Shown here one piece after another: positions 39,001 to 53,417 of a stretch of 64,000 nt of DNA. The stretch covers positions 20,646,001 to 20,710,000 of the forward strand of contig CM120641.1 of assembly GCA_051362555.1 (NCBI GenBank), in the 5' to 3' direction. A model generated the notes under the pieces. The model had not been told where the DNA came from and ran no database searches. It saw nothing but the letters and a program-made list of their open reading frames with translations. The stretch's first letter is position 1, and each line of letters begins with the position of its first letter. A program made the position numbers and the translations under genes. This stretch comes from Lingula anatina. Taxonomy: Eukaryota > Animalia > Brachiopoda.

Positions 39001-42000
39001 CACCCTTTGGGGGCAGCCTCATCAGCAATCTACTTATCTCTGCATGCAAGTGCAATTTCTTGTGTATGTCAATCAAGCTTTGGCCATGATATATGGCCAT
39101 GACATAATGGATTATGATTATCAGAAAAAAAAAAAATATTCAAAAGAAGATATTGTAACAAACCTCTTGCTTGAATCCCTTGAACATCCAGACCTTTACC
39201 CTCGAGAAACGCCAGACATTTCTGCAGATTTTCCACTTTCTGTGCTCTTATGATTGGCTTGGTCTGGATCCCTTCGACTTTTGCTGCACCTGAATAAGAG
39301 AACATGGCCATGTCACAGGTAAAGATAAGACAGAGACTGTAACAGCTGACAATACACACATGAGTTAGAATCTAGAGTAAGGACAGTATGCGACAGCATT
39401 ACGTACACTTTGTACGCTCAAAACCTTGTGTAAATTTTTCCATGCTTCATCATCTTAATTTCAAAATAATTGGCTGTGTTCCTGTTGGCATGAATATTCA
39501 TTTAAGCAACTGTTCCTAACCACATGCTGTATAATTAACATGTTAGATGAGAATTAACACATTGCATGTTCAGACATAGACAAATTTCTAACCGAGTTCT
39601 GTCAATCTCCAAAGGCTGTCTGTTTATCATAAGCTCAGGCCTTTTTTCCCATCAAGCAGAATACTTTAGCTACACAGCTATGCTGGTACATGTAGGGGGC
39701 ATTCAGATTCAGACAAGGTACCAGCTGGATAGATCTAGCTCAGCTGGGATTCTCAATAAAGGGGTAATTACGCCAAGTTGCTCCAGGGGGCGTGTCAGAC
39801 AATTAAGCTTAATATTATTACTTTGACTGTACTTCAGCCAGAATTCCTGAGTTGAGTTGAATAGATCTAGCTGGTACCATGACTAAGTCTGAATACTCCC
39901 TTAGAGGGACTGACAACTTAATAGCCTGTCTCTTAGGCCGCATTTAGAACAGTGGCCTAAAGAGTCCGCGTCAAATATGGCCACTTGTCGTCTAATCCGC
40001 TAATAGACACTGAATAGATTCCCTGTGGGAAAGTATTTAAGTGGTTCGGCCATATTTGACCCTCAGACTAGTTAGTCCACTGTTCTGAATGCAGCCTTAT
40101 ATAACCGAGTCTCCTCAATAAAGCTCCCCAGAATGGACATGGCCAATAAACCAAATAAATTTTGGAGGTTGTTTCAAGGTAAAATTAAGTAGGTCTCTGA
40201 ATAAGAGATGTAACCCAGAGCACTAGTAGATTATTACTTTCACCAAAACAGTAGAAGGCTAACTTGTGAAAGCTAATAACCCTCTTCCTCCTCCCAAAGA
40301 ATAAGCTGAGGCAAATAGACTGACCTCCTTTGGAGTATTAATCGTAATCAGATGTCCTGAAGAGTTGGATAAAACAAAGATAGTTCGACTCAGCTTGACT
40401 GGAAACTCGACTTTGGGCTCCAACCAGTTTACGTTTAAAAGAAGTCATCAGGTGATTTAATACAGTTTCACCAAGAATCCTTAGCTGTCAGATTCTAAGC
40501 AGGTTATCGCTATAATACAGAAAATGGTCTAAAAGCTAAGAGATCCCACTGTGCTTCAGATATGTAAATCCTTGATTAATGTATTTAATTCGATTTTCTG
40601 CTGATATAATAGACATTAAAAATTATACTAGTAGGTATGCACCTTATGCACCACCTGACTCTGTTAAGTTCAGATTCCATATGTTATGGATCGCAATGAT
40701 GCATTAACATTATGTAACAGATTCAGTCATTATAGAGTCATATTGTGCATAAATCAAAGTCTGTTCGAGTTTTTAAAAGTATTTTTTTCAACAGTTACTT
40801 TGCCTCATTTTCTGTCCCCATAACTATGTGGACTTGATAACAAGGAAACATTAATTAGATTTAACTGTTGCCAATTGAATTCTAATTTAGTTCACTGCAG
40901 GGGACCAACACATTCACAATTAGCAATTCTTACCTTTAACTACACATGGGTCTCATATCAGCTGTCTCAGCTGGAAATGTGGTGTTACCAAGAGTCCATG
41001 TTATTTACTGTATATTGTACAATAATGATATCTAACACAAGAATTACAGGAATATACTTCGAAACAACCTCTTATGTTCTATTTTAGTTTTAAATATCTC
41101 TTAAATTGTCCAGGCCCAGCAACTGATTTGAAGTACCAGCAGAAGTGAAACAAGATTTACTTTTCAGACGCATTAAAAAGTCTAAGTCCACTGTGAACTT
41201 GCCGCACAACTGAGAGAAAAAAAATACTGAGTAACTTTCAAAGTGATCCCTACTAAAAGTTTAACTCTGGTTCAACACAAGCATATGCTATAGTCAAAGT
41301 GAATGCAGCCCTGAATGAATATGAAAAGCAAATACTTCAGCTGTGGTATGAATTCAGCTCATCTATCGATCACTCCACTCTACCCACAATCTGCAGAACT
41401 AACATTTCCTTTACCTTTTATGTGCTAAGTACATGGCATATATTTGTATTCTTTCATCTCAGTAACTTTCACTGAAAGCATACCTAGGTTTAATACATGT
41501 AGGCTTTGAAAGTAGGTTTTGAGGGACATTTTATAGGGTCCACATTAAAGAATTATTAAGCCATGCCGTATGCTTGATCATTTATTTATGTTACACGCAA
41601 ATATCTATTTTTTTACATTTTTTGGTTTTTAAATTTTCTAGTAATTAATGTATGCATGTTCCCTAACTTCAGTGTGTTTAGAATACAGGGCCCCTACTTA
41701 TATTGATTTTCCTAATTGACATAATGACCCAAACAGTGCAGATATATTACAGTTGATACTTAACTGTATCCCTAAAGTAAACACCTGAGCAAATATATCA
41801 ATGTAATATCATAAATTTTATGTAACTCCATCTCATGGGACATCATTAATTCAAAAAGGTCAATTAAGTTAATGCTTCAATATAAGTTAGATCTTAGTAT
41901 GTATAATTTTTCATCATTAAGGGGTGATATTTTCCAGTCAAAACAACAATTACTTCTGACATTTGTTATTTTTAGTAATCAATAAAATACACATTTACAC

Positions 42001-45000
42001 AATAAGCTCTGATAATTCCCATTAATATTGGGTAATTAGGTATGAAATGTTAAGGCCAGACATGCTTTCAAAACCTGTTGTTTCTTCATGTAATTTCTCC
42101 GAAATTGTGGGAATATTCCAGGCATAAATTCTAAGAAGTCCACGGAGGTTTTATCCCTCTCATTAAAGTTAATCATGCAATATTAAATGCTTTCATGTGC
42201 AAGTACTGCACTTTGAACCAGCTGTTTTAATTGTAAAACATGTACTAGTAATTCATGAAAATTCATATTTTCTTTTAGTGAAACCTGTGTCACCATCAAC
42301 TGGATATGTGTCAATTGCTGATAATGTGTTAATTTGAACATCTAACACAGAGGTACCCTTATGTTGAATTCAGTGAATAGAATTATTATCAAGCATCTGC
42401 CCCTATCATGCATAGCCAAACTATGATCAGTACATGATCCTTAATTAATTATCAAATGGCTTCCAAATTCTTCACACCTTTTAATTCAAGCTACAATTTA
42501 AATGTTTAAACATGATAGAAACTATATCATTTTCAATTCTACAAGGAACCTACCTTATTTAACAGGACAAATCACACAGCAACTGCATTGGGCGTCAGCA
42601 AAGTTTTACTGGTCAGTTTACAGTTACGCAGCATGGGAAAAATCCTGACTGATGAATGAACATTCTCAAATATTTAAGGTTAAATTCCGTGTTGTGTGTC
42701 CAGGTTGGGGAAGGGTGAGAGGGTCATTGGAGTGGCTGTTGTGAACAGCACTGGGAGTCCCCATCAAAGTGAAGCAGGCACAGCTTATAACAAGGCATGA
42801 AAGCTCCATAGATTTCACGCCAATTTGCTCCTGAAAGCAGCCCCCTCATGTAAAAAGCAGAGTGTGGGCTGTGTTGTTTGTACACACCAAGGAAACTCCA
42901 CAATGGAAACCCAAAGGGATATTTTCTTACAGACCTCACTCTGTTAAAAACCTTGCTTCCATAATTTCATACCCTAATCAATATTATTGTATCAACACTG
43001 TTGTTAATTATTGTTGTTGTTCCCTGGTCAGACTGAGTGGACTGACCGGTCTTTGTCACTCCAGAGATGTGTCCATACCAGAATGAACTTAAGACTAAAA
43101 GGGGCCTTATACTTGTCCTCATGCAGGCAACATGGTTGATTATCCATCAATTTTGATGTCTGAAATATTATGGGGTCTTCCAACCCAAGGGACAGGATTG
43201 CACAAGACAATCAGCAAAGACTTTGTTGTTCAGTGAACAGGATTGACTTGGGGCGCATTTTTGCCTCATTGCCATTTTAAATTGGAACGTGTCTGAACTG
43301 ACCATTAGTGCCCTGTGAGGGGCTTGGAGCTGTCAAAACTCAATACAGAAGCATTCAGAATGGTCACAGTGCAACAGGAGATGACCAATTGCTATAGCCT
43401 AGCTGCACCATAATAATAAAAATAATCATGATCAAATATTATTGACTTAAACTCTAAATTCATGCTTCAATTTTCTTGATTAAATATTGAATTCAAAAGT
43501 ATTTGAAAATGCCTGTGTGAAAATTCAAAAGTGTTCAGAAAATCCATACCTGTACAACAATTTTACCAGTATGTTAAATGCAGAAATGGTAAAATATCCA
43601 TTCAACAAGGCTTTAATTTTTTTTTTCATTTCCTACCATCTGTGTTTAATTTTTGCCTTTCATCTAAACTATAAAAACATATGCCTTATTAAAGCATACC
43701 ACTAACCCCCTCCTGCAGCCAAATCTAAATGCAATCTTTCCTATCAGCCTCCTGTCAACTGTGTGCCAATAAGGAATGTCAATATGTTCTCAGCAATCAA
43801 TTGACAAAAATACTACTCTGGTGACAGAAATAGGACTGCAGCTAGGGGTAGACCAGATAACCCTTTTCAAATTATCTTGTCGAGGAGAGACAATCGCATC
43901 TTTTCTGACTTTTTTATAATTAATAAACAATTACACAGCTGAGTATATAAACGATTAATCAATTTTGTATAATGTGTTTGAAATTACCACCAACTACAAC
44001 ACTTAAACAAGAAAACTTCACAGCTCGGTAAATTTTGTCACTATAATAACTTACCTAGTAAGCAGACATCTACAGTGTAGCAGGTACTGATTCAACATGA
44101 ATTTATGAATCCATCTCTAATACTCTCCTAAATAACTTACTACAAGTACTGTATCTAATACGTACACCAGTATTCACATTTACTTCCAGCCCAAAGAGTC
44201 AGGCAGTTGGACAGGTCACTCTACCTTCAAGTTCCTTTAGCTTATACCATAACACACCATCTAATCCAATGTTGACTGTTATTCTCCCCTTTTATATTCA
44301 GGATTAACAGGTTCCTGAACTAGTGTCATTTGATCCTCTATACATGAATTGTCACAAAAAGGTACGGAGGCTCAAATCATGGACAAGAACCCCTTTAATA
44401 AATATTTGTTAATTTGTGGTTGTATTTTTGCTTAAAGACTAGTAAATATGTTTACAGTTATACCCAAGGCCAAATTATTCAACCTTTCTGATACCAAAAC
44501 CTGACAGCCTCATGTGTGTTAAAAGTTTGGTAAATGTTGTAAATTTTAAAAATCAGATGCTTATGTCAATCTACCATGACACCACTTGAAATATTATATT
44601 TACTAAGAATGTATGTTCTTATAAATTGTGTCTGTGCCTCTTGTAAAGATGTGTATTGTATTAACTTTGTGGATTTGGGTATCAGAAAATTAATGAAACT
44701 ACTGATTTTTAAAGAAAAATGAAAAAAAAACTTAATAAAAATTATTTCACTCATTGTTTAATGCATGTTTCTTCTTATAAGATGGATATTATTCGAATCT
44801 CCAAGTGCAATAAAATGACCTATTATCACCTCAATGAAAAGCTTCATTGAGTGGCAGGACCTCCACATACACTTGCGCCATCTATTGACAAAATGTGCAA
44901 CTAACGCACACAATGAAGCTATTTTACTCTAAGTAGAATTTTCAACCTGCAGACTTTTATACATGGACATTTTTAATGCCAATCAATCAGAAAAAGAATA

Positions 45001-45977
45001 CAGTCCCAGTTTGAATGATGGTTATATTGATTTTACCAGGTGCAATTTCTATAAGAATCACCTGTGTATTATTTCATTTTTCCTAGCAACTGGGTCAATT
45101 AAACATGTAACTTTAGTAGTAGCTTTTATTGAATGATTACTGAGGAAAAAAAGAAGCTTTGTTCAGTTTATCTATTCAGATAACAAAAATTTTGTACCTT
45201 TTCAAACCTGCATTTAATGATCTATTCTCTTTGCCTTTAATATTTTCCCATCTTTCTAAAAAATTTCTTCAAGACCATCTTTTAATAGTGTTATTTCATT
45301 TGTTTACCCATTTTAAAACTTCAGTTCTCTGAGAGTTACGTATCAATACTAAAGAGAGGGAAAATGTAACTTCTTAATATTTAGTAAAAAATGTAATTTT
45401 CCTGGAAATTTTAAAGCTTTCCCCTTAGTAATTACCAGGGCATTCTATATCCAGAACCCATTCCAAAATTATTATCTATTAAGTAATTTTTAAGTCACTC
45501 ACATAACAGATGGTCACTGGTGATTTCCACTCATTATGGTAAAATATAATTAAGGAATTTTAAGACTTGAAAACTGGTACATACACTTTTAGAAAATTCT
45601 CGGTGGTTTTGGGTAGGGCCTAATTTTGCCTTGGTGACAAAGGGGGGATTGTCTTGATTTACAGAAAAAAAGCTATATATGCCTTTAAACTAATTTTAAA
45701 ACTACATGTATAATTTCATAAGCAAATCAACTTACTAACAATCTCCAGGAGATTAACCAGAGTCAAGCCATCCCCCACACTTTTCCGCAAGTCTCCGACT
45801 AAACGACATTTGTTCTTCTTCAGCACTTCATTGGCCCAATCTGTATGTTCCTAAAATACACAGTTAATATTGTGATTAGCTTGATGTAATTTTTCATCAT
45901 ATTTGTCTGTGTGTCCGTTTTATTAGTGGACGAGATCATTAAAAAACTCTTCACAAATTTAAAAATGTCTTCAGAAG

Positions 45978-46030
<53 letters not shown>

Positions 46031-49000
46031 TATGTAATTTGTCATGATATGGGGGAAAGCAATGATTACATATACCTAAAAAGGATTTTCATTTCACTAG
46101 TATTTACATTTTGCTATATATGACAAAGGTAGGTGCTCTTGAATGAGAACTCTCTGAATATTTTCACGTCATATAAATTTCCATTCACTTGTATATACTA
46201 TTTTTATAAATACAGTATCTACATGTTTTCAGTAAACAATTCAGACAGAAAATCAGATAGTCAGACAGAGGAAAGGGTCAATGGAGGAATGGACAGAATG
46301 ACAGACAGATGGTCAGGAAAGAATCGTGAAGAATTATATAAATATCAATCTATATACTTGCAAAAGAATGTATACGTAACAATATGCACCAGAGATCAGA
46401 TCTGTTGTAGGCAATTATCTAGACATGCTTTTAACCATATCCCAAAGCAATTAAGGAGTCCCCACAATTCCTGCTAAAACACTCAGTTTTTATGAACAGT
46501 ATACTATTACAAAGTGATTTTACTAGCATACATAATTTGCCAAGATGTCTTTTGATCTGACGTGTAAAAGTAGGGATACATGTAGTTAAGAATGATTGTA
46601 GTGTTGAAAGAGCAATATGAAATAAATCAGATCTCCCAACAGCAAAGTTCCATAGGTCTGAAACTCTTTGCATAGAACAGTTTTATGTTAAATAACAAAT
46701 ACCATCACCGAAGTAACACAGAAAAGGTTTCAATCAGTGATGCTGTTACAGTGCTTTACAACAAAATGTCTTCTTCTTCACCTTTTGGACCAATGTTTCT
46801 TCAAGGCAATAAAATTCAAAATATTGTACTAATGGACCAATTTTTTTAAAATCAATGACATAGTGTCAACTTCCCTTTTTTCCTCTCCAACCAAAGAGCC
46901 TTCAGACCAATTCACCTTCAGAATATCATACATGAACTCTGAGATTGATGAACCTATGGACAGTTGATTTTTTATATTTTTTTCTTTTAAATTTCACAGT
47001 GAAGTCAACTTTCCATTATTCTCATGTACTGTCAAACTCTGAGACAAACAAACCTACAGATTGTCAGGATGCACCCATATGTACTGCACAATGTACTGTC
47101 CAAGCTGACTGGGTTTGTCCAAGCTGCATCACAACAGCTGGCTGGGCACATAATTGCTTGCCCTGGTCAAGCTGCGGCCACTCCTGACTGGTACAAAACA
47201 AGCCGTACTTGAAGTCATGCTTACACAGCAAACTGATTGTCCACAAATTATTAACACTGTTAATTTAGATTTGTTGACAAATTCACTGAAGAATAAATAT
47301 TATAGTGAGGACTGGTTGAGTTAATGGTTCTATAATAATTTAACTCTTAAGATTTTTGTGTGCTGTAAGCATGTTCAAAAGAATGTCAAACAAACTGTTC
47401 TGCCTAAGGAGTCAGATTAGGATAAAATGCAATGATGAAAAAATAACACTAACACTGGAATACTCAGTCTCTTTTTGTACTTACTACAGCACACTAACTT
47501 CATTTATTGTTCACATTCATTGATGATTTGTTTAAAGGTTTAACTACATAATTCGTATCAGTATGACAAATTTGTCTTAAAATTCATTACTTAGTGCTGA
47601 TGGCATATTAATATCAAACACAGCTTTCATCTGAATACTATTAAACTAATTTATTATTCCCATCACATTTTTAATGAAGTCCACAAAGATGTAGGCTGGC
47701 TCATAGCCAGGGAGGTTGGGGGGGGGGGGGGGGGGGTGGGGTTCGAAAGAACCACCTTTTTTGTCAGGAAAAGGTCCATTCTGGGAAGAATTTGTTTAGG
47801 TATACTAAGCTTTCATTGTAAAAGGTCTACTTTTTCAGAAAAAGACCCACCCCCTTTAAATTTGCTGGTTACTGGCCTGAAGATGGCTGCCTCCTTATTT
47901 ATGACTACAGGTTTGGTGCGAGGGAAAGCTCTCAAGTTTAGAACCATCTTCCCGGGTTCAGTGCTTGTGCTCAGCAAAAGACATTAAAATTCATCAGTCC
48001 CATTTTACAATTAATGTGTGCTCGTGTCTCAGGCACAGTTCAATTTCTCTACTGACCACCCTCACCTAAAACAAGTAAACTGACCAAAGAGCAGCATTTG
48101 GTGGCATGTTTGAGACTTAAACCTAAGATCTAATATACCGTTTATTAGATCTTAGCTTAAACTGATCATCTTATTATGTATTGTGTGAATGCATCTTTGC
48201 AATGAAATGCACGTTATTTAAACAAAACAGGAGGGCTCTGCCTAATTATGACTAAAACCCAATCCTCTCTTACACAACAAATAATTACATTCATTTAAGT
48301 GAAGCCAATAAATATGGCCCTTTTCCATGAGTAAAGCATTATAATCTTAGCATTTTAGGAATAATCAATAACAACTGAAGTAATAATCAAAGATAATAAT
48401 CAAGAAACCTCAAGTTCATAGTTTGTATAGTAAAAATAATGCATCTACATAATCAATTTCACTAATAAATAATTGCATCCAGCGATATTGATGAATTTCC
48501 ATATTTTTCGATGCTTGTTAAACAGTGGATTGGATTTATTCATTAATAATAGTTGAAAACTAAATTTTGCCAAAAAAAAATTATAATTATTTTCATTATA
48601 AAATAGAATAAAATGAAATTTGTTATGGCAGTGGCAAAAAAATAATTGTGAGAAAAATTAATGTCATTATTGGAATTAAAGGGGCAGGAGGCATTTCTAA
48701 CATTAGAGTACATACAAGAAAATATAAGAGAGGTATAAGAAATGGTCTACTGTTTGAAAAGGGTCCATTTTTTATCCAAAGTTTTGCCATCAACTGTTTA
48801 ATAAAATGGAAAGATGTTAAGAGAACTACATGGAGTAGTTTCATTAACAATTGCTTGACAAGCTGACCATAAAAAAACTTCACTTTTGCTCAGTGCTCTG
48901 ACCCTGCTCATTTTTCTTTTCAATAATATCACCTGTAAGTGTTGTCAAGCACAGGTGGGAGGGGGGAGCTGCCCATAATAAAAACAACAGAAACCTGACT

Positions 49001-50972
49001 GTGCATGCATGCTGTGTTCCCATGTCAATAGGGTAACAATTTGTCTTCAAATTTCTCAGGTGGATATTTATAACATTCCAGCATTTAAGCCGTTGAATGG
49101 ACTTAACTCTGGTGGTTCTTTAAATCTGACATCCCACTTCACACCCAACTTACTTTCAAAGGCCAAGAAAAACACATCTTGTATTAATGACAACATTCGG
49201 TTTCAATTCTCATACAGCCCCCTTTAACCAAGGGACAATTCTGGGCTAGGCCAGATTTCAACCCCAAACAATGCATTATCAAACAATATTACAGTTTTGA
49301 ATTTACGCTAAATTTGTTTCTGTAGTCTTTATTCAAACTCTATATAGTTGTGACTCCACCTGTGTGGAGAAAAACTGGAAGAGTTGTGTTGATTCTGGTA
49401 TGGATCGCTGCGGTGGGTCAAAGTTTAGTTACGATAAGAAAATGGCTTCACAAGTTAACAGAAAATATTTCCTTGACGTGTCCATTTTAAAGTTAAAGCA
49501 GTGAATATTAATCAAAAATTAAAGGAGTAACCAAAATCATTTTCAAAAATGTGAATGATAATGTTTCATGTAGGGCCAATAAAACAGACCCCAAAACAAA
49601 TATTTTTATAACAGAGTAAACCAGCTTTGTGTCACACAGTAAATCAATGTGGTAAGCAATTTATTAAGCTGGTATTTAAAACCTTAAACAACACCACAAA
49701 CTGAGCCATTTATCATTTCACACCTGGCTTTCTACTTGCTAATAACCGTAAAGACTTAGAGCTAAGAAACCCACCATAAAATGATTAGAATGTCTGTGGA
49801 AAGTTGTCATATTTAGGAGATATCAAGAACAGGATTAACAAGAGGCCCTTTATTTTAGATTCACATTTCATCTCAGATGCAGACATTCCTCACTTTACAG
49901 TCTAACCCTCATTACATAGTCTCCTTAATGTCTCGTTATCTTTTAATCATATTGCATCTTTGAATTAAATCCAAATAACTGGACCTGGACTTGGCACCAG
50001 CATGTCAAGCAAATTATTACATATAACTGACACTCTTCAAGATAGCAGAATTTATCAAGATGCAGGTGTATGTGTTTCTCGACAACAGGTTTTAATTGAG
50101 GAATCCACGGAGATACAAGAATCATCCACTCACTAGCAGTTTACATAACCTATATGAGGTGGATTATGACAGTTAAGCTTCACATGCTACAACAGTCTTT
50201 TGAAAATGCTTATCACATTGGCTGAGTTTAACATGTTCTTATGCACATGTCCCATACAGTTATGCTGAGAGAGAAGAGCAAACAGAATTTCAATCAAACC
50301 TACTGTTTATTCATGAAAGGAAAATGTTGAATTAGTGTCATTATATCAAAATCAATATGTTAAATGGCTGTGCAGCATATCATCTTACTTCTTGCTTTGT
50401 TTATCATAACCTTGGATGCATCTTTTTTTAGGAAGCAGGAGGAAAGAATATACATTAAAATGTGCTAAGTTGTGTCAGTATACCCCATAGTTAAAAGGCA
50501 AGTAGCAACTGTCATTAATTTGAATTTCAATTAAAAACACAGATAAAAAAAACAAATTATTTTTCAAACCAAATTTTATTTTTTGGAGAAATGACAAAAA
50601 TGAATAGAATGTGATTTACTAGATGACTGATCAAGAGTTTTTTTAACCTTTTATTTAAATTGTTTAATTTGTGACTTTTTAAATTTTTATATTTTTTGAT
50701 AATAAACAAAATCTGACCACGATGCACACTCTCACCTCACACTCCTGAAGTGCCCACTCTCCTCCTATTGAAGACTTAACCGGAGACGCGGTTGTCCTTG
50801 AATATAGAACCCCTTTAGGTGTGCTTAATCCACTCCCTTCTCTCTTGTACAGTTTAAGTCCTTTCCCTGTTAGGGTCGTCGTAGCTTTTCCGTCCTCTGT
50901 CCATGAATTGATGGGCTTTCCAGGTTCCTTTTCCTCTGTGTTCGTTAAATTGTCCTGTGCTGGAGCAGGCAT
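23555..50972 (-). CDS. CH domain - disordered region - coiled coil - SAM domain protein, about 1068 aa, 16 coding exons
   Basis: Exons (minus strand): 50972-50736, 45850-45736, 39289-39164, 37607-37543, 36522-36363, 34787-34669, 33325-33137, 32364-32281, 31025-30837, 28467-28307, 27339-27243, 26866-26023, 25672-25342, 24606-24343, 24059-24002, 23722-23555. All introns are GT-AG and phases are consistent (3207 nt). CH signature: HTDWANEVL...DGLTLVNLLEIV...KVENLQKCLAFL...ELVSGNLRSTLDLM. SAM signature: FLKKLGYEKYIHLFEKEHIGMVELPYMTDERLEKIGIPLGPRLRILQ. Confidence 0.88.
24956..25014. repeat. (TA)n microsatellite
   Basis: Direct inspection. Confidence 0.95.
33046..33072. repeat. (TG)n microsatellite
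   Basis: Direct inspection. Confidence 0.9.
35192..35463. mobile_element. Old dispersed MITE family copy
   Basis: GGGGCCCCAGTTTCACAAAACAACTTTAGCC...GGCTAAAGTTCTTTTCTGAAACTGG inverted ends; internal motifs shared with the 18661 and 19921 copies. Confidence 0.65.
39695..39900. mobile_element. Degenerate palindromic MITE
   Basis: GGGGGCATTCAGATTCAGACAAGGTACCAGCT...AGCTGGTACCATGACTAAGTCTGAATACTCCC imperfect inverted ends; GTA/TTA flanks. Confidence 0.65.
39936..40096. mobile_element. Small PIF/Harbinger-like MITE, TTA TSD
   Basis: TTA|GGCCGCATTTAGAACAGTGGCCTAA...TTAGTCCACTGTTCTGAATGCAGCC|TTA with an internal inverted pair GTCAAATATGGCC / GGCCATATTTGAC. Confidence 0.8.
45980..46031. repeat. (TAA)n microsatellite
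   Basis: Direct inspection. Confidence 0.95.
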
Positions 50973-53142
50973 GTTGGTTACTGATTAAGTTTCCCTTGGG
51001 CTTCCGTTAGAGCTCCCTTTGACCCCCGTTGGCATCAGTACAATATCAACACACACCTTAATGCAGCACCTTCGCCAGCCTCAATGCTTGGCTAATACCT
51101 GGCCATTTGATAACAAGAATATCATAATAAAGGCTGTTCTCTATGTGCAATCAGAGGGGTGATTTGTTTTGTTAGCTCAATTTAACCAATAAAGCAACAC
51201 TTTTATGTATCAAATATAATGCCAAGTTTCCAGTTGGTATCCTGTTACCTTTTAAATTCAATAAACTGAGCTGTTTAAATGGATTTTTCACGGTTTTAAA
51301 ATCCCTTGGAATTTAAACAATGGAGAAACCATTTATTCAGTGATATTTACATCATTTCTCATTAACAAATTTGAATCATTTAGGATCAGTTCTGAAATAG
51401 AATTACAGCTTCAATAACTGATATTGATCAAGCACTTACTAGCAATATCTAACACATTTCTGAGAAATACTGCATAATTAAAATGACAGTTAAGCCATTT
51501 GTTTTCACACAAGAAACTATATACAGCATGAAAGCAGTCTTTTGGTAGTATGGGTGTATGTGATAAGCATTTTACAAGGGAAATAAAATTGTACAGTTCT
51601 AACAACCAAAGGCTCTAAAAATCACAAAGACGACTTTATAACTTGGTGTGACAAGTAAACAGTATGAAACCAGTACCGGACACACTTAAGACTATAGAAA
51701 CATTTACTTACTTGGGATGTAGCTAATGATATTTGCCATCCACTTACCTTATTTGAAAATTTCTTCCTCGTAACGTAATAATTTGGACTAGGGTGGCCTG
51801 AACAGTTCCTAAATGTCAAACCGAAATTGAATTTCAAATAAAATGCCAAAGGTGTTTTTCACAAAGTAGAGCTGCTTATGTGCATGTGATCTGTAAAAGT
51901 ATAAAGTGACTTGTTTCTTTGTGTTACATGCAAGTTCTCTGGTTAAAATCAGAAATTTTAGTCATTGAAACAGACTTACACCCAGAGTAAGTTATTAAAG
52001 AAACATGAATCTAGTGCACTGAAGTTTCCTTTTTAGTTCCATTTTTTTTCCAAAACATACCTGTCAATATATTTACATAATAGAACTGAAAAAAATTTTC
52101 AGGAAATTAATGGCTCCAAGTTCCTATCAAAATCAAACCATTAGAATACTAACTCCAATACAGCAGCATCGTCTTGATGACGTCCTGTTTTCTTGCCAGT
52201 CTCTTCTCATTACTTCTCTAATAGTTTGGTAGATTAGGCCTGCTGTTGAAAGAGTTATTTAACTGTTGTTTACTTGTGATTTACTGTGGCAGACCACTGA
52301 TACAAAAACCAAATAAATTCCAGGCTGTGCCTTACATCTGCCATGCCACACGGTGATGACAAAGATGTGGACTATAGGATCAGGCACATATTGAAACTGC
52401 TTGGCTACCAATAGCCAGCTGACCATTAGCACAAACAAATCACCAATATTTCTGACACTTCAAAAACATTTGACATCCTACATGTATACCTTTGGATCAA
52501 ACTGCTACGGCAGCACCTTTCTTGTGCACATTTCAAACATCTTTTTGCTACTCACAGACAGTATTTAGTGGCAGGTCTTGATAAATACACAGGACATATC
52601 AAAACTACTAAAATAACATTTGTACTATTGACCTTTCCACACTGCCACATATATTAAAATCAACAAATAGTAAAGTTACAAATATTAAAAGAACTTTAAA
52701 ATGTAGAAAATCCAGTAATGATAAAATAAAATTTAAATAAACTACCTCAATTGGGTTAATTATTAAGAAATTAATTGATATATACTACAGACATTTTAAC
52801 ATAATAAAATTAATCCATTTATATTTATTTCAATCACATTATTGGTAAAAAAAAAAGGATCTGTCAAGACATTTAAGTCCTTAGTAACTTTTCTGGCAAC
52901 ATTTGACACTAACAAATGGTGTTCCATGTGACATTCATAAGGATAGGGGATTGAAGGGTGAGGCATTGAGACGAAAACGCTACCAGACCCCCCCCCCCCC
53001 CCTTATTCATTTCAAATGATTTTATTTTAAGACAACCCACCTGCATTTCACCACGAGCGTTCCCGCTCTTCTACCTCCTTCTCCCCCCCCTCCTCCCCCG
53101 ACACACACCGACCTTAAAAACCCCTTCCAAAGCGAGTCTTTA

Positions 53143-53144
<2 letters not shown>

Positions 53145-53183
<39 letters not shown>
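53145..53183. repeat. Poly(T) run, about 39 nt
   Basis: Direct inspection. Confidence 0.9.
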
Positions 53184-53185
<2 letters not shown>

Positions 53186-53250
53186 AAATGCTTCCATTTC
53201 TCTACTTACTGGTGTGAAACCAAATCAGCTGAGAGCCAACTAACAATTAA

Positions 53251-53417
53251 CAGGGGCGGATCCAGAGATATTTTCTGAGAGTCTTCAAAATTATGTTTGT
53301 TGATCCATCCCCCATTTTTGACCGTCTTCCATCAGAAAAAATAGATACCCGTCAATGTAAACTTGAAAATCTGACCGTCTTCCGGAAGACCCAGAAGACG
53401 GCCTAAATCCGCCCCTG
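53251..53417. mobile_element. Short MITE with CAGGGGCGGAT TIRs (hAT-like ends)
   Basis: CAGGGGCGGATCCAG...CTAAATCCGCCCCTG; ATTAA flanks both sides. Confidence 0.7.

Larger units (their letters stand above)
37543..45850 (-). other. Calponin-homology-domain-encoding exons (45850-45736, 39289-39164, 37607-37543)
   Basis: Spliced translation EHTDWANEVLKKNKCRLVGDLRKSVGDGLTLVNLLEIVSAAKVEGIQTKPIIRAQKVENLQKCLAFLEGKGLDVQGIQARELVSGNLRSTLDLMSNIRKFYD follows the CH1/NAV-DIXDC1-like CH pattern. Confidence 0.85.

Noticed and set aside
45911-46123. ORF with poly-Ile run
   Set aside because: Artefact of the (TAA)n microsatellite.
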